From an uncultured Candidatus Rokubacteria bacterium (GTDB lineage Bacteria > Methylomirabilota > Methylomirabilia > Rokubacteriales > CSP1-6), in contig CAVWWD010000006.1 of NCBI GenBank assembly GCA_963758635.1, positions 1 through 64,000 on the forward strand: 64,000 nucleotides of DNA, written 5' to 3'. The position numbers and the translations under genes are program-made. Shown here piece by piece: positions 1 through 11,490 of this stretch. Within the stretch, counting starts at the first letter, position 1. Every line of letters begins with the position of its first letter. The notes under the pieces were generated by a model. The model worked only from the letters and a program-made list of their open reading frames with translations. It did no database searches and was not told where the DNA came from.

Positions 1-9
1 AACCCGTTG

Positions 10-1023
10 TCAGTCCACCCCCGCCAGCTGCAGCTCCTCCGCGCGGTGACAGCTCACGAAGCGACGGAAGGGGAGCTCCCGCCACGCCGGCGTCTCAGTT
101 CGGCATCGCTCGACCGCATACGGACAGCGTGGATGGAAATAGCATCCGCTCGGCGGTGAGGCCGGGTTCGCGACCTCGCCCTGGAGCACGATGCGCTTGC
201 TGCGCGTACGCGGATCGGGCTCCGGCACCGCGGAGAGCAGCGCCGCCGTGTACGGATGCTTTGGCGCGTTGAACAGCGCGTCGGTCTCCGCCAGCTCGAC
301 CATCCGTCCCACGTACATCACGGCCACACGATTGCTGATGTGGCGGACCACGCTCAGATCGTGCGCGACGAAGAGATAGGTCAGCTTGAGATCTGCCTGG
401 AGATCGAGGAGCAGGTTCAGGATCTGTGCCTGGACTGAGACATCGAGCGCGGACACTGGCTCGTCCGCGACGACCAGTCGCGGGTGCAACGCGAGCGCCC
501 GCGCGATGCCGATGCGCTGGCGCTCGCCGCCGCTGAACGCGTGCGGAAAGCGCCGCATGTACTCCGGCCGCAGCCCGACGCGGCGCAGCAGATCCGCCAC
601 GCGCTCCTCCCGCTCCCGCCGGCTCTTCATCCCGTGCACGAGCAACGGCTCGCCCACGAGGTCGAGCAGCGTCATGCGGGGATTCAGCGACGTGAACGGG
701 TCCTGGAAGATCATCTGCATCTCTCGCCGCAGCGCGCGCAGCGCTGTCCCGCCCAGCGAGCCGATCTCCACGCTCGAGCCGTCGGAGACGCGCATGGTGA
801 TGCGGCCCGCCGTCGGCTCGATCGCGCGAAGGATGCAGCGCGCCGTCGTCGTCTTGCCGCAGCCGCTCTCGCCGACGAGACCGAGCGTCTCGCCCTCGTC
901 GATGTGGAAGTCAACACCGTCCACCGCGCGCACGTGCCCGACCGTGCGTCGCACGAAGCCCTTCCGGATCGGAAACAGCTTCTGCAGTCCTGAGACGCGC
1001 AGGAGCGGTTCGGTCGCGCTCAT
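10..1023 (-). CDS. Oligopeptide/dipeptide-type ABC transporter ATP-binding subunit (OppF/DppF-like)
   Basis: Start MSATEPLL at 1023; Walker A GESGCGKT, signature FSGGERQR, Walker B VVADE, C-terminal HPYT and GCYFHPRC motifs. Confidence 0.93.
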   Translation of the reverse strand: MSATEPLLRVSGLQKLFPIRKGFVRRTVGHVRAVDGVDFHIDEGETLGLVGESGCGKTTTARCILRAIEPTAGRITMRVSDGSSVEIGSLGGTALRALRREMQMIFQDPFTSLNPRMTLLDLVGEPLLVHGMKSRREREERVADLLRRVGLRPEYMRRFPHAFSGGERQRIGIARALALHPRLVVADEPVSALDVSVQAQILNLLLDLQADLKLTYLFVAHDLSVVRHISNRVAVMYVGRMVELAETDALFNAPKHPYTAALLSAVPEPDPRTRSKRIVLQGEVANPASPPSGCYFHPRCPYAVERCRTETPAWRELPFRRFVSCHRAEELQLAGVD

Positions 1024-2031
1024 GGGTACAGGAAGCAGCTCACCAGGTGGTGACTGCCCACGGGCTGCAGGGCCGGCGTCTCCCGATCGCATTACCCGGC
1101 CATGAAGTTCGCGCACCGCGGATGGAACGGACAGCCCGTGGGCCGGTCGTACGGGTGAGGCACGGAGCCGGCGATCGGCGTCAGCCGCTCGCGCGTGCGG
1201 GAGCGAATGCGCGGGATCGACCGGAGGAGCGCGCGCGTGTAGGGATGCTTGGGGTCGTGGAAGATCGCATCGACCGGCGCCTGCTCGACGACACGGCCGA
1301 GATACATCACCGCGACGTCGGTGGCCATCTCGGCAATCACGCCGAGGTCGTGTGTGATCAGCATGATCGCCATGCCGTCTTCCTTCTGCAACTGGCGCAT
1401 CAGCTCGAGGATCTGTGTCTGCGTCGTGACATCCAGAGCGGTCGTCGGCTCGTCCGCGATCAAGAGCGTCGGCTTGCACGAGAGCGCCATCGCGATCATC
1501 GCGCGCTGGCGCAGGCCGCCGCTCAGCTGGTTGGAGAGCTGATCGACGCGTTCCTCAGGCGTCGACACGCCGACCCGTCGGAGGATCTCGATGGTCTGGG
1601 CGCGCGCCTCGCGGCGTGTGACGGGCTGATGCAGCAGGATCGCCTCGATGATCTGGTTGCCGATCGTGTGCACGGGGCTGAACGACGACATCGGCTCCTG
1701 GAAGATCAGCGCGATCTCGGCCCCGCGGATCGCGCGCATCTCGGCGCCGTTCGGATCGAGCGTGGCGAGGTCGACGATCTGCGCTCCGCTGCCGTTGCGT
1801 GAGGATCGGCGGAAGTGAATCGAGCCCTCGATGATCGCGACCCGGGCGATCGACGATGCGCAGGATCGACCGTGCGGTGACGCTCTTGCCGCAGCCGCTC
1901 TCACCGACGATGCCGAGCGTCGCGCCTTGCGCCATGTCGAAGCTGACGCCGTCGACCGCGTGCACGGTGCCCTCGTCCTGCGCGAAGTACGTCTTCAGAC
2001 CGCGAACGGACAGGAGCAGGCTATCGTCCAT
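1020..2031 (-). CDS. ABC transporter ATP-binding subunit (OppD/DppD-like); frameshift near 1838 and in-frame TAA at 1092-1094
   Basis: [17 protein letters not shown] in one frame; [22 protein letters not shown] in another; reading continues in frame past the TAA to VSCFLYP-stop, like the paralog at 55754-56780. Confidence 0.88.
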
Positions 2032-3176
2032 ATGGATCCGCGGCGTCCCGGAGCCCGTCGCCAAGGAAGTTGAACGCCATGACCGCGACGATCACGGGCA
2101 CCGCCGGCAGCATGAGCCACGGCGAGAGCGCCACGGTCTGCACGTTCTGCGCCTGCTGCAGCAGGACGCCCCAGCTGATGGCGGGCGGGCGCAGGCCGAG
2201 GCCGAGGAAACTCAACGCGGTCTCGCTGATGATCATCGCGGGGAGCGCGAGCGTGGTGGCCGCGATGATGTGGCTCATGAACGACGGGACCATATGGACA
2301 AAGATGATCCGGGGGCGCGTGCAGCCGACGAGCCGCGCGGAGACGACGAAGTCTTCCTCGCGCATGGCCAGGAAGCGGCCGCGCACCACGCGGGCCAGCT
2401 CCGTCCAGCCGAGCAGCGAGATGATGATGGTGATGGCGAAGTAAATCTGCAGGATCGTCCAGTCGCGCGGCATCGCCGCGGCCAGACCCATCCACAGAGG
2501 GATCGTGGGAATCGACCGAAGGATTTCGATCGTGCGCTGGATGATCGTGTCGGTGACGCCGCCAGAGAAGCCGGAGAGGCCGCCGAGGATCACGCCCAGC
2601 AGCAGGCTCAGCGTAACGCCGAAGAGCCCGATCGTGAGCGAGATGCGCGTGCCGTAGATCAGGCGCGACCAGAGATCGCGGCCCTGCACGTCGGTGCCGA
2701 GCAGAAAGATCGTCCGGCTGGCGTCGCCGTCGACGCCGATCAGGTGGCGCGTACTCGGGATCACGCCGAGGAACGTGTATTCGAAGCCCGGGGCGAAGAA
2801 GCGAATCGGCACCTTCACGCTCGGGTCGGGCCGGTACACGCGCTTGAAGGTGGCAGGATCGCGCTCACCCTTGAAGCCGTGGACGTACGGCGCGAAGCGC
2901 CAGCCGTCGAACAGGTAGACACGCTGCGGGGGCATCAGCGAGCGCTGGGCCTCCGAGTCGTTGGGGTCGGCGTACGCGAGGAAGTCCGCGCCGAGCACGA
3001 CGGCGTAGAAGCCCATGACGACCACGGCGCTGAGGAGGGCAAGCTTGTGCTTCCGGAACCGCCACCACATGAGCTGCCACTGCGAGGCGACGAAGATGCG
3101 CGCTTTCGGTGGCGGACCGCGCGGTGTCGACGGGGGCGCCGGTCGGCTCGATGACGGCGTCGGGCGTCGTCGTCAT
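2021..3176 (-). CDS. ABC transporter permease (OppC/DppC-like); frameshift near 3097
   Basis: MTTTPDAV start joins [26 protein letters not shown]-type loop, C-terminal [10 protein letters not shown]. Confidence 0.9.
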
Positions 3177-4165
3177 CACGTCTCCTCGAGCCTGATGCGC
3201 GGATCGATCCAGACGAGCAGGATGTCCGAGAGGAGCGTGCCGATGACCGTCATCACGCCGAGGAGGAGCACGATCGTTCCGGCGAGGAACATGTCCTGCG
3301 CGATCAGCGCCTTGAGGAGCAGCGGGCCGACGGTGGGCAACCCGAGCACGAGCGACACGATGATGCTGCCCGAGACGATGTAGGGCAGCGTGTAGCCGAT
3401 GGTGCTCGCGAACGGATTGAGCGCCATGCGCACGGGATACTTCAGGATCACGCTCAGCTCGGACAGGCCCTTGGAGCGCGCGGTGACGACGTAGGGCTTG
3501 CGGAGCTCGTCGAGCAGGTTCGCGCGCATGATGCGGACCTGCTGCGCGGTGCCCGCGAGGCCGAGGATCAGCGCGGGGATCGGCAGATGCTTGGCGAGGT
3601 CCCACACGCGCGCCAGGCTCCATGGCGCGTCCTGCATGCTCGGCGAGAACAGCCCGCCGATGTGCGCGTTGAACAGGATGAATCCGAAATAGAGCAGCAC
3701 CAGCGCGAGGAGGAAGTTCGGGACCGCGAGGCCGATGAAGCCGATGAACGTGGCGACGTAGTCGCCCGCCGAATACTGGCGCACCGCGGAGAAGATGCCG
3801 ATCGGCAGGGCCAGGACCCACGTGAGGATCAGCGACGCCACGGCGACGACGACGGTCAGCCACAGCCGATCGCCGATGACCTCGGTGACGGGGCGCCGCC
3901 ACTCCATCGACATCCCGAAGTTGCCGACCACCACGAGCTTCATCCACTTCAGATACTGGATGTACATCGGCTGCCCGAGGCCGTACTGGATGCGAAGGTT
4001 CTCTGCTTCTTCGTCCGACACCACGCTCCCCATCGACGCCATCTGCGCGATGTAGGACGTGACGTAGTCGCCCGGCGGCAGCTGGATGATCGCGAACGAG
4101 AGGACGGAGATCGCCCAGACGGTGAAGACGGCGAGCAGGGCGCGACGGCCGATGTAGGCGAGCAC
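3176..4165 (-). CDS. ABC transporter permease (OppB/DppB-like)
   Basis: MLAYIGRR, QLPPGDY, TARSKGLSE, terminal IDPRIR; several TM helices. Confidence 0.95.
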   Translation of the reverse strand: MLAYIGRRALLAVFTVWAISVLSFAIIQLPPGDYVTSYIAQMASMGSVVSDEEAENLRIQYGLGQPMYIQYLKWMKLVVVGNFGMSMEWRRPVTEVIGDRLWLTVVVAVASLILTWVLALPIGIFSAVRQYSAGDYVATFIGFIGLAVPNFLLALVLLYFGFILFNAHIGGLFSPSMQDAPWSLARVWDLAKHLPIPALILGLAGTAQQVRIMRANLLDELRKPYVVTARSKGLSELSVILKYPVRMALNPFASTIGYTLPYIVSGSIIVSLVLGLPTVGPLLLKALIAQDMFLAGTIVLLLGVMTVIGTLLSDILLVWIDPRIRLEET

Positions 4166-4219
4166 CGTCGCGCCCTCTCTACGTCCTCAGGTCCTTGAAC
4201 CTCGGCTGTCCCATGGACG

Positions 4220-6266
4220 TCAATTCTTCCAGTAGAACGTCGCCGGCCGCGAGATGCCCGGCGTCTTGCCGTCCGGGCTGTTGTACATGCGCGACGGAAT
4301 GTTGCCCATGTTGTTCTTCACCACGCGCACGCCCATCGCCGCCGGGCCCTGGCCGACCACGCCGATGATGAAGACCTCCTCGGCGGCGATGCTGCCAGAC
4401 GTCCTTGCCGAGCTGGACGCGTTCCTTCTCCGGCACGCCGAACGCCTTCTTCCACTTGTCCATCAGCTCCTTCATCCGCGGCTCGGGCTCCTTGCCCTGC
4501 GTGCCGCCGGAGCGGAACCACTTCGCGTAGAGCGGCCCGGAGGAGGCGACGTCGTCGACCGTGAAGGGGAACACGTGGGTCGGGAAGGTGAAGAGGTGCT
4601 CGCTGCCGTCGTTGTTCCAGGCCGAGAGCTGCTGCTCGTTGGCGGCGGCGCGCTTGATGGCGAGGCTGCGCTCGACCTCCTGGACCTGGAGGTCGATGCC
4701 GATCTTCTTCCACTGCTCGCGGATCATCTCGGAGATCTGCGTGTACTGCACGAACTGGCCGCCGAGCGTCATGATCTCGATGCGCAGCCGGCCCTTGCCG
4801 TCGCTGCGGAGCCGGTAGCCCTCGGCGTCCTTCTTCGAGAGCCCGATCTTGTCGAGCATCTCGTTGGCCTTCTTCACGTCGAGCGTGGCCCAGAGCTTCC
4901 GGTACTGCGGGCCCGGGTTGTACTTGTTGCTGTCCACCGGCACCACGGAGCCCGGCGTGGCCGTGCCGAGCCAGAACGTCTCGTTGATCTGATCGCGGTT
5001 GATGCCGAGCGAAAGCGCGCGACGGAAATCCGCGGTGTTGAGCCACTTCGCGATCTCCGCATCCGCGTCGTAGTTCAGGTTGAACTTGATGATCAGGTCA
5101 CAGTAGTCGCCGGGGTCCAGGTAGACCTTGTAATTGCCCCTCTGCTGGTTCTCGAGGAAGACGGGCAGCTTGCCGAGGTCGACGTGCCTGGACGCGTAGT
5201 CGTACTCGCCGGCGATCGCGCGCAGGTTCAGCACTTCGAGGTTCTCGGCGAGCGTCAGCACGACCTTGTCGATGTAGGGGAGCTGGTTGCCGGCCGTGTC
5301 CACGAAGACGCTGTACGGATTGCGCTCGAGCGTCCACGTCGGCGTGTTGATCGGCGTGACCGTCTTCCACGGCGAGAGCACCGGGAGATCCGGGTTGAGC
5401 GCCCAGTCGTTCTTCGCGAGGAACATGCGCACCCAGCTGTCGAACTTCGCCTCCTTGGCCCGCTTGTCCAGCTCGTCCGCGCTGACGTACTTCGGATGGA
5501 ACTGCTTCAGGTAGTGCGCGGGGGCGAAGCCGCCCATGCCCCGGTAGGCGCCCCACTGGCCGGCGAGATCCGTCGAGCCCGCGAGCACGTCGGGGAACAT
5601 GAAGTAGGACTCCGGGAACTTGAAACGCACGGTGTACGTGTCGACCTTCTCGATCACGCCCTGCTTGCCGTTGATGGCCATGACCGCCGTCGGCGTGGGG
5701 ACGAGGTCCTTGTTCCGGTAGATGTCCTCGAACCAGAACACGAAGTCGTCGGCGGTGAACGGCTTGCCGTCGCTCCACTTCATCCCGCGGCGCAGGTGCA
5801 CGAGCCACGCGCGCCCGTTGTCCTGCATCTCGAGGCCCTTCGCGAGATTGGGGACGGCCTTGTCACCCGTGTAGTCCCAGAACATCAGATGGTCCGGGCC
5901 CGAGCAGCAGCGGAAGCCGTTCCAGAAATCCGCGGGGCCGGTGAAGCCGGCCCGCATCGCGCCTCCGTACTTGCCGATCTCCTTCAGCGGCTTGATCACG
6001 AGCGGATCCTGCCCGATACGTTCGGCGGCGGGCGGCAGCTTTCCGGCCTTCACCAGCGCGGCGAGCTGCGGCGCTTCCTTGAAGGCCTTGGGGAACTTGG
6101 AGGCGTCGGTGACGACTTCCGGGCCTTCGAGCTTCCCGATGAGCTTGCTGCCGCTCTGCGCGAGCGCGCCTGCGGCGACGACGCCGCTGAAGGCGGAGAC
6201 CACGAGGACCGCGGTGAGTCGTGTTCGGAGCGGACGGTTTCGCAACGTGCGCCACCATGTCGCCAT
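4220..6266 (-). CDS. Family-5 ABC substrate-binding protein; frameshift near 4392
   Basis: Signal peptide after MATWWR; LRRGMKWSDGKPFTADD family-5 motif; GNQLPYID; C-terminus TFYWKN-stop recovered in the shifted frame. Confidence 0.9.
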
Positions 6267-6472
6267 TGACGCCTCCCCCTTTTGCTCGTTCAAGCTCTGT
6301 GCCTCACGTTGAGGGCCGAGTGTCGTGACAATCCGACGGAAAGGCCAGGGACCCACGCGAGCTCGTGTGGTGATCGTTGCTGCGCCCTCGGTCGCAGGTC
6401 GGGGCGGGAGGACGAGCCACACGGCGCCGCCCATCGTAACACGCAGCGCGCCGCGCGGAGCCGGGCGCAACC

Positions 6473-7297
6473 CTACCGCTCCATGGCCGGTCCGTCGCTG
6501 AAGAGTGAGGGAACGAACGTGTGTGGATCCGCCGGCTCGGTGAGGAGCGCGTGCTGCCGCGGGGTGAGCGGGACATCGGGTGGCGCAAGGACCCGCGCCC
6601 GCGACCACGCCATGTGGGACACGCAATACTTGTAGAGCAGTGTCCGGCGCTCGTGGTCCGCTCTCCACGGAGCGGTTCCGTGCATCACCGCTTCGGTGAA
6701 CAGCACGAGCGACCCTGCCGGTATCTCCGGAGTGACGACGCAAGCGGCCCCCTCCGGAGCCTCGTGGATCTGCCGCGGCACCTTGAAGTTGCTCTTGTGA
6801 CTCCCGGGAATGCACCAGAAGCCGCCGTAGGCCGGTCCGGCGTCGGCGAGACTCCAGGCCACGACCACGAACCCCTCGTAGATGCCGTTGGGGGCAAAGT
6901 GAAAGCGCTCCCCCGGCCGGCTGAAGGAGTTGCGAGCCGACGCTCCATAGTCTGCGTGCATCGCCCCCATCGTCTGCCCTTTGTGCATGCGGATCCCGTA
7001 GAGACGGTCCAGCCGGAAGCAGTCCCCGAGCCGAAGGCGAAGGATGGGCAGGATCGTCTCGTGATCCAGCAGGCGGCAGAACGGCTCGCCCCAGTTGAGA
7101 AAGCCATGATCCGGTCCGTGGAGACCGGCGGCAGAGCCGAAGCGGATGCGCTCGCGAGGGCTGGGAAGCCGTTGCGCATCGATCAAACGATTCAGCTCGG
7201 CCACTTCCGTCGTTCCCAGGACGTCGGGGATCACCAGATAGCCTTGAAGATCGAAGAGGTACTGCTGCAGCTCCAGATCCGAATCGTTCACGGTCAT
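6473..7297 (-). CDS. Phytanoyl-CoA dioxygenase (PhyH) family Fe(II)/2-oxoglutarate oxygenase
   Basis: FDLQGYLV start, HxD (HAD), IPGSHK, distal His in VMHGT, RR motif. Confidence 0.88.
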   Translation of the reverse strand: MTVNDSDLELQQYLFDLQGYLVIPDVLGTTEVAELNRLIDAQRLPSPRERIRFGSAAGLHGPDHGFLNWGEPFCRLLDHETILPILRLRLGDCFRLDRLYGIRMHKGQTMGAMHADYGASARNSFSRPGERFHFAPNGIYEGFVVVAWSLADAGPAYGGFWCIPGSHKSNFKVPRQIHEAPEGAACVVTPEIPAGSLVLFTEAVMHGTAPWRADHERRTLLYKYCVSHMAWSRARVLAPPDVPLTPRQHALLTEPADPHTFVPSLFSDGPAMER

Positions 7298-7482
7298 GCC
7301 CTCCCTCGACGTGCGCCGGCTCCCAGCAACAGGACGCCGGGCGTGCGTCCCGTCGTCTCCGTGTCGATGTCAGGCGAATTAGCGAACAGGAACCCGATCC
7401 GCCACGCTCTCCCCATCTGCGCCCCACCGGCGAGCGGCGCGGCAACGAGGCCGAGGGCGCCGAGGAAGGCGCGACGGTCCAT
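7294..7482 (-). pseudogene. N-terminal stub of an ABC substrate-binding protein (Tat-like signal plus RIGFL strand only)
   Basis: MDRRAFLGALGLVAAPLAGGAQ..WRIGFL resembles the start of ABC_sub_bind-type proteins; ends after 62 aa, overlapping the PhyH start (ATGA). Confidence 0.5.
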
Positions 7483-7948
7483 CACGTCGAAGACCCTTGC
7501 GGCTGGAACGAGCATGCCGGCGCGAGTCTACCCCAGAGGTCGTGGAGCCCGCACGTGCTGAGTAGGACGGCTATGGACCAACCCGCAGGGTCGACGACCC
7601 GGTGGGCTGGACTACGCGACCATGCTCACCCCGGCGAGAGGGCGAGGCGCGAAGGTTGCAAGACCCTCCGGGGTCACCACATATGTCCGCGATGCCGGCC
7701 GACGAGGAGAACTGACTCACGCTCGTGGGCGAGGCGCTCGCCGCATAGGTCTGCCGAGATCGCGCTAGAATCCCGCTGCGATGGCTACGTGGACGGCGTG
7801 CACCCGCGACGGCTGATCGAGCGGACCCAGCGCCGCGAGCCCGGCGCCGCCACGCGACCGCATAGGACACCGTGACCTCTCCGGCAACCGCCGACGGACC
7901 CAGCCCGCGCGAGGCGTACGCGCTCGACCCCGGGCGAAAGGAGCGTGC

Positions 7949-8710
7949 ATGGCCTTCGGCGTGATCGTCATCGGCGACGAGCTCCTCGTCGGCAAGCGGC
8001 AAGACAAGCACCTGTCGTTCGCGATCGACGCCCTGGCCAAGCGGGGGCTGCGGCTGACCTGGGCCGAATACCACGGCGACGACCCGCCCCGGCTGACCGC
8101 CGCCTTGCGGCGCAGCTTCGCCTCCGGCGACGTGGTGCTGAGCTTCGGTGGTATCGGGGCGACGCCCGACGACCACACGCGGCAGAGCGCCGCCGATGCG
8201 CTCGGGGTCCCGCTGACGCTGCACCCGGATGCCGAGCGCGAGATCAGCGCCCGGTTCGGCGGCGAGATGACGCCCCAGCGCCTGCGCATGGGAGAGTTTC
8301 CCGCCGGGTGCGAGATCATCCCCAATCCCTTCAACCGCATCCCGGGCTTCACGACCGAGCGGCATCACTTCGTGCCCGGCTTCCCTCAGATGGCCTGGCC
8401 CATGATCGAGTGGGTGCTGGATACCCACTACCGGCACCTGTTCGATCGCGATCGGTGGGCCGAGGCCTCGATCGTCGTCTACGGAACCGGCGAGTCCACC
8501 CTCATCCCGGCGATGGAATCGGTCCAGGAGTCGTTCGACAAGCTCCGCGCCTTCAGCCTGCCGTCCATGGGACCCGATGCGACGCGCCGGCACGTCGAGC
8601 TCGGGGTGCGGGGCGATCCCGCGCAGGTGGCGCTGGCCATCGAGGAGATGCGACGCCAGGTGCGCGCGGCCGGGTTCGCCTTCGACGAGGGGCCGAGCCA
8701 GACAGCCTAG
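7949..8710 (+). CDS. Molybdopterin-binding/CinA N-terminal domain protein (no PncC domain)
   Basis: IGDELLVGKRQD, GGIGATPDDHT, PGFP motifs; RBS GAAAGGAG upstream. Confidence 0.87.
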   Translation: MAFGVIVIGDELLVGKRQDKHLSFAIDALAKRGLRLTWAEYHGDDPPRLTAALRRSFASGDVVLSFGGIGATPDDHTRQSAADALGVPLTLHPDAEREISARFGGEMTPQRLRMGEFPAGCEIIPNPFNRIPGFTTERHHFVPGFPQMAWPMIEWVLDTHYRHLFDRDRWAEASIVVYGTGESTLIPAMESVQESFDKLRAFSLPSMGPDATRRHVELGVRGDPAQVALAIEEMRRQVRAAGFAFDEGPSQTA

Positions 8711-8715
8711 GGCGG

Positions 8716-9990
8716 ATGTCCACCCACGTCCTGGCCGGCGCAGATCGCACGGGCATCTTCGCCGCCGTTCACCACCGGCGGTTTCGACGGCTGTGGACGG
8801 CGTCGATCCTGTCGGGCGTCGCCTACATGACCGCGCTCACCGCGCGGGGCTGGGTGGCGTTCGACCTGCACCAGCATTCCAGCACCGTCGGCCTCGTGGT
8901 GTTCGCGTCCTTCCTCCCTTCGCTCGTCATCACCCCGTTCACGGGGGTCCTCGCCGACCGCTACGACCGCCGCACGATGCTGATCGTCATGAACGCGATC
9001 GGCCTCCTGTCGACCCTCGGGCTCGCGTGGTTCGCATGGACGGGCAGCCAGAGCGCCTGGCCGCTCGTCGTGTTCTCCTTCATTCACGGCGCCTCCCGTT
9101 CGTCCAGCACACCGGTGGAGCAGGCGATGCTCGGGGGCCTCGTCCCGGAGCGCGACCTGCTCAACGCGGTGTCCCTGCTCCAGGCGAACCTGAACGGCGC
9201 ACGGCTGCTGGGGCCGCTCCTGGCCGCGCCACTGCTCCACGTGGGCGGTGGCGCCGGCGCCTTCCTCGTGGCGGCCGCGCTCTCCGCCCTTGCCGTCTGG
9301 CAAGTCTGGGCGCTGGGAGAAGTTCCACACCAGCGAAGCGGCACGGACCATACGGCGGCGGCACAGTTCGCCGAGGGGGTCCGCTACGCCGTGCACACCC
9401 CCGTCGTGTGGTCGCTCATCGTCCTCGTCTTCCTTCACTGCGCCTTCACGATGGGCTACGATGCCGCCCTGCCCGTGCTGGCGTCGGGCACCCTGGGGGC
9501 GTCCGGCACCGCGTATAGCCTGCTCGTCATGGCGATCGGCGCCGGCTCGCTCGCCGGCGCCTTCCTGCTCGCGGGCTTCGCGCACCGTGTCCACCGCGGG
9601 TATCTGCTCTTCGCGACGAGCATCCTGAGCGGGCTGACGCTGGTGCCGCTGGCCTTCTCCGCCTCCGCGCCGGGCGCGCTGGTCGCGGCGGCCGCCGTCG
9701 GCGTGACGCAGTCGATATTCCTCGCGCTGGCGACGACGTTGCTCCAGATCGCCACCCCCGATCACGTCCGCGGCCGGATCATCGCGCTCTACTGGGGATC
9801 GAGCGGCGGGGTGATGGCCTTCAGCAACCTCGCCACCGGCCGTCTCGCCGACGTGTTCGGCGCCGCCGCGGTGCTCACGCTGCCCGGTGTGGCCTTCGTC
9901 GCCTTGACGGTCTTCACGCTGTGTGCCCCGCCCATGCGCGAGATCTATGGCCGTGGCCTGACCCGGGCGTCGAGCGCGTCCCGACTCTAG
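8716..9990 (+). CDS. MFS transporter
   Basis: MSTHVLAG start; motif A GVLADRYDRR; about 12 hydrophobic segments; PDHVRGR. Confidence 0.88.
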   Translation: MSTHVLAGADRTGIFAAVHHRRFRRLWTASILSGVAYMTALTARGWVAFDLHQHSSTVGLVVFASFLPSLVITPFTGVLADRYDRRTMLIVMNAIGLLSTLGLAWFAWTGSQSAWPLVVFSFIHGASRSSSTPVEQAMLGGLVPERDLLNAVSLLQANLNGARLLGPLLAAPLLHVGGGAGAFLVAAALSALAVWQVWALGEVPHQRSGTDHTAAAQFAEGVRYAVHTPVVWSLIVLVFLHCAFTMGYDAALPVLASGTLGASGTAYSLLVMAIGAGSLAGAFLLAGFAHRVHRGYLLFATSILSGLTLVPLAFSASAPGALVAAAAVGVTQSIFLALATTLLQIATPDHVRGRIIALYWGSSGGVMAFSNLATGRLADVFGAAAVLTLPGVAFVALTVFTLCAPPMREIYGRGLTRASSASRL

Positions 9991-10011
9991 CCCGCGAGAC
10001 CGACCGCCGCG

Positions 10012-11262
10012 ATGACGACGAGCGATGCGCCCCGGCTCCTGCCGTTTCTCGGCTGGCTGACGGGCGCGACGTTCTTCTTCTACGCGTGGGTGCTCCGCGT
10101 GGCGCCCAGCGTGATGGTCGAAGAGCTGATGCGCGAGCTGGCCGTCGGCGGCGCCGTGCTCGGCCATCTGTCGGGCGTCTACTACTACGGCTACGCCGGG
10201 ATGCAGATCCCCGTCGGCGTCCTCCTCGACCGGTTCGGGCCGCGCCGCCTGATGACCGGGGCCGGCCTGGTGTGCGCGGCCGGCTGCGTGCTCTTCGCGA
10301 CGGGCACCACGCTGACCGCGGTCACCATCGGCCGGTTCCTGGTCGGCGCCTCGGCCGCCTTCAGCCTGGTGGGCGCCATGGCGGTGGCCGGACAGTGGTT
10401 TCCCGCGAACCGCTTCGCGGTCTTCTCCGGCTGGGCGATGGCGATGGGCATGGCCGGTGGCGTCTTCGGCCAGGCCCCGCTACGCCTGGCCGTCGAGGCG
10501 TCGAGCTGGCGCACGACCATGCTGCTGCTGGCGATCGGCGGTGTGGCGCTGGCGACGGCGGCGTGGACGACCGTGCGCGACCGGTGGCGCGGCCGCGGAG
10601 GGATGCTCGGGGCCCTGGTGGGCCTCGGCGTCGTCGCGCGGCACCCGCAGACCTGGCTCATCGCGCTCGCCGGCCTCGCCACCGCCGCGCCCCTCCTCGG
10701 CTTCGCGAGTCTCTGGGGCGTGCCGTTCGTCGAAGCGGCGTACGGGCTCCCGCGGGCCACGGCCGCCACGCTGACCTCGATGCTCTTCGTGGGCTGGGGC
10801 GCGGGCGCGCCGCTCTTCGGGTGGCTGTCCGATCGCATCGGCCGGCGCAAGCCCCCATTCCTCGCCGGGATCGCGCTGGAGACGGTGGCGCTCGCCGCGA
10901 TCGTCTGGTTCAGGGACCTGCCGGTGGTCGCGCTCGGCGCCCTGTGCTTCGCGACGGGCTTCCTGGGATCGGCTCAGATCGTCGGCTTCGCCCTCGTCAA
11001 GGAGAACCATCCCGCCGGGCTCAGCGGCACGGCGATCGGGTTCGTCAACGGGATGGTGACCGGCGCCGGCGCGCTGTTCCAGCCGCTGGTCGGCCTGCTC
11101 CTCGACCTGGCCTGGACCGGCGAGACCGCGGCGGGCGCGCGGGTATACGCGCCCGAGGCGTTTCGCCTGGCGTTGACTTCCCTGATCGCCTGCGGCGTGG
11201 GCGGCGTGCTCTGCGCCCTCGCCGTCCGCGAGACCTTCTGCCGAGGGGCGGAAACGTCGTGA
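10012..11262 (+). CDS. MFS transporter
   Basis: Motif A copies GVLLDRFGPRR and GWLSDRIGRRK; about 12 TM segments. Confidence 0.9.
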   Translation: MTTSDAPRLLPFLGWLTGATFFFYAWVLRVAPSVMVEELMRELAVGGAVLGHLSGVYYYGYAGMQIPVGVLLDRFGPRRLMTGAGLVCAAGCVLFATGTTLTAVTIGRFLVGASAAFSLVGAMAVAGQWFPANRFAVFSGWAMAMGMAGGVFGQAPLRLAVEASSWRTTMLLLAIGGVALATAAWTTVRDRWRGRGGMLGALVGLGVVARHPQTWLIALAGLATAAPLLGFASLWGVPFVEAAYGLPRATAATLTSMLFVGWGAGAPLFGWLSDRIGRRKPPFLAGIALETVALAAIVWFRDLPVVALGALCFATGFLGSAQIVGFALVKENHPAGLSGTAIGFVNGMVTGAGALFQPLVGLLLDLAWTGETAAGARVYAPEAFRLALTSLIACGVGGVLCALAVRETFCRGAETS

Positions 11263-11307
11263 TCGAGATTCGCGTCGCCGGCAGCCGGTCCCTGTCCGAG
11301 ACGCCCT

Positions 11308-11450
11308 CTAGTCGAGGCCGGTCGACGATCTCGACAACTCGCGCGGCTCCCCGCCGGAGACGATCGTCGATGGTGAAGAGCGAGCATCCCAGGATCCGTG
11401 CCAGCCACGTACTCCGCGTCGACGTCTTCGCCCGCCGAGTCGTCGCGAGG
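11308..11450 (-). pseudogene. Degenerate C-terminal remnant of a PIN/VapC toxin
   Basis: Manual translation across frames gives LG.AKT.DAEYVA.ARILGCSLFTIDDRLRRGAARVVEIV, the PIN C-terminal D-A-x-Y-V-A and T-x-D motifs; N-terminal half absent. Confidence 0.6.
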
Positions 11451-11490
11451 CCGTTACGAGGGCGGCGGGCGCGAGATCGGCGCCGTCAGC

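Noticed and set aside
7515..7948. Possible small gene or RNA in the divergent intergenic region (ORF 7555-7875)
   Set aside because: No RBS, codon bias, motif or convincing structure
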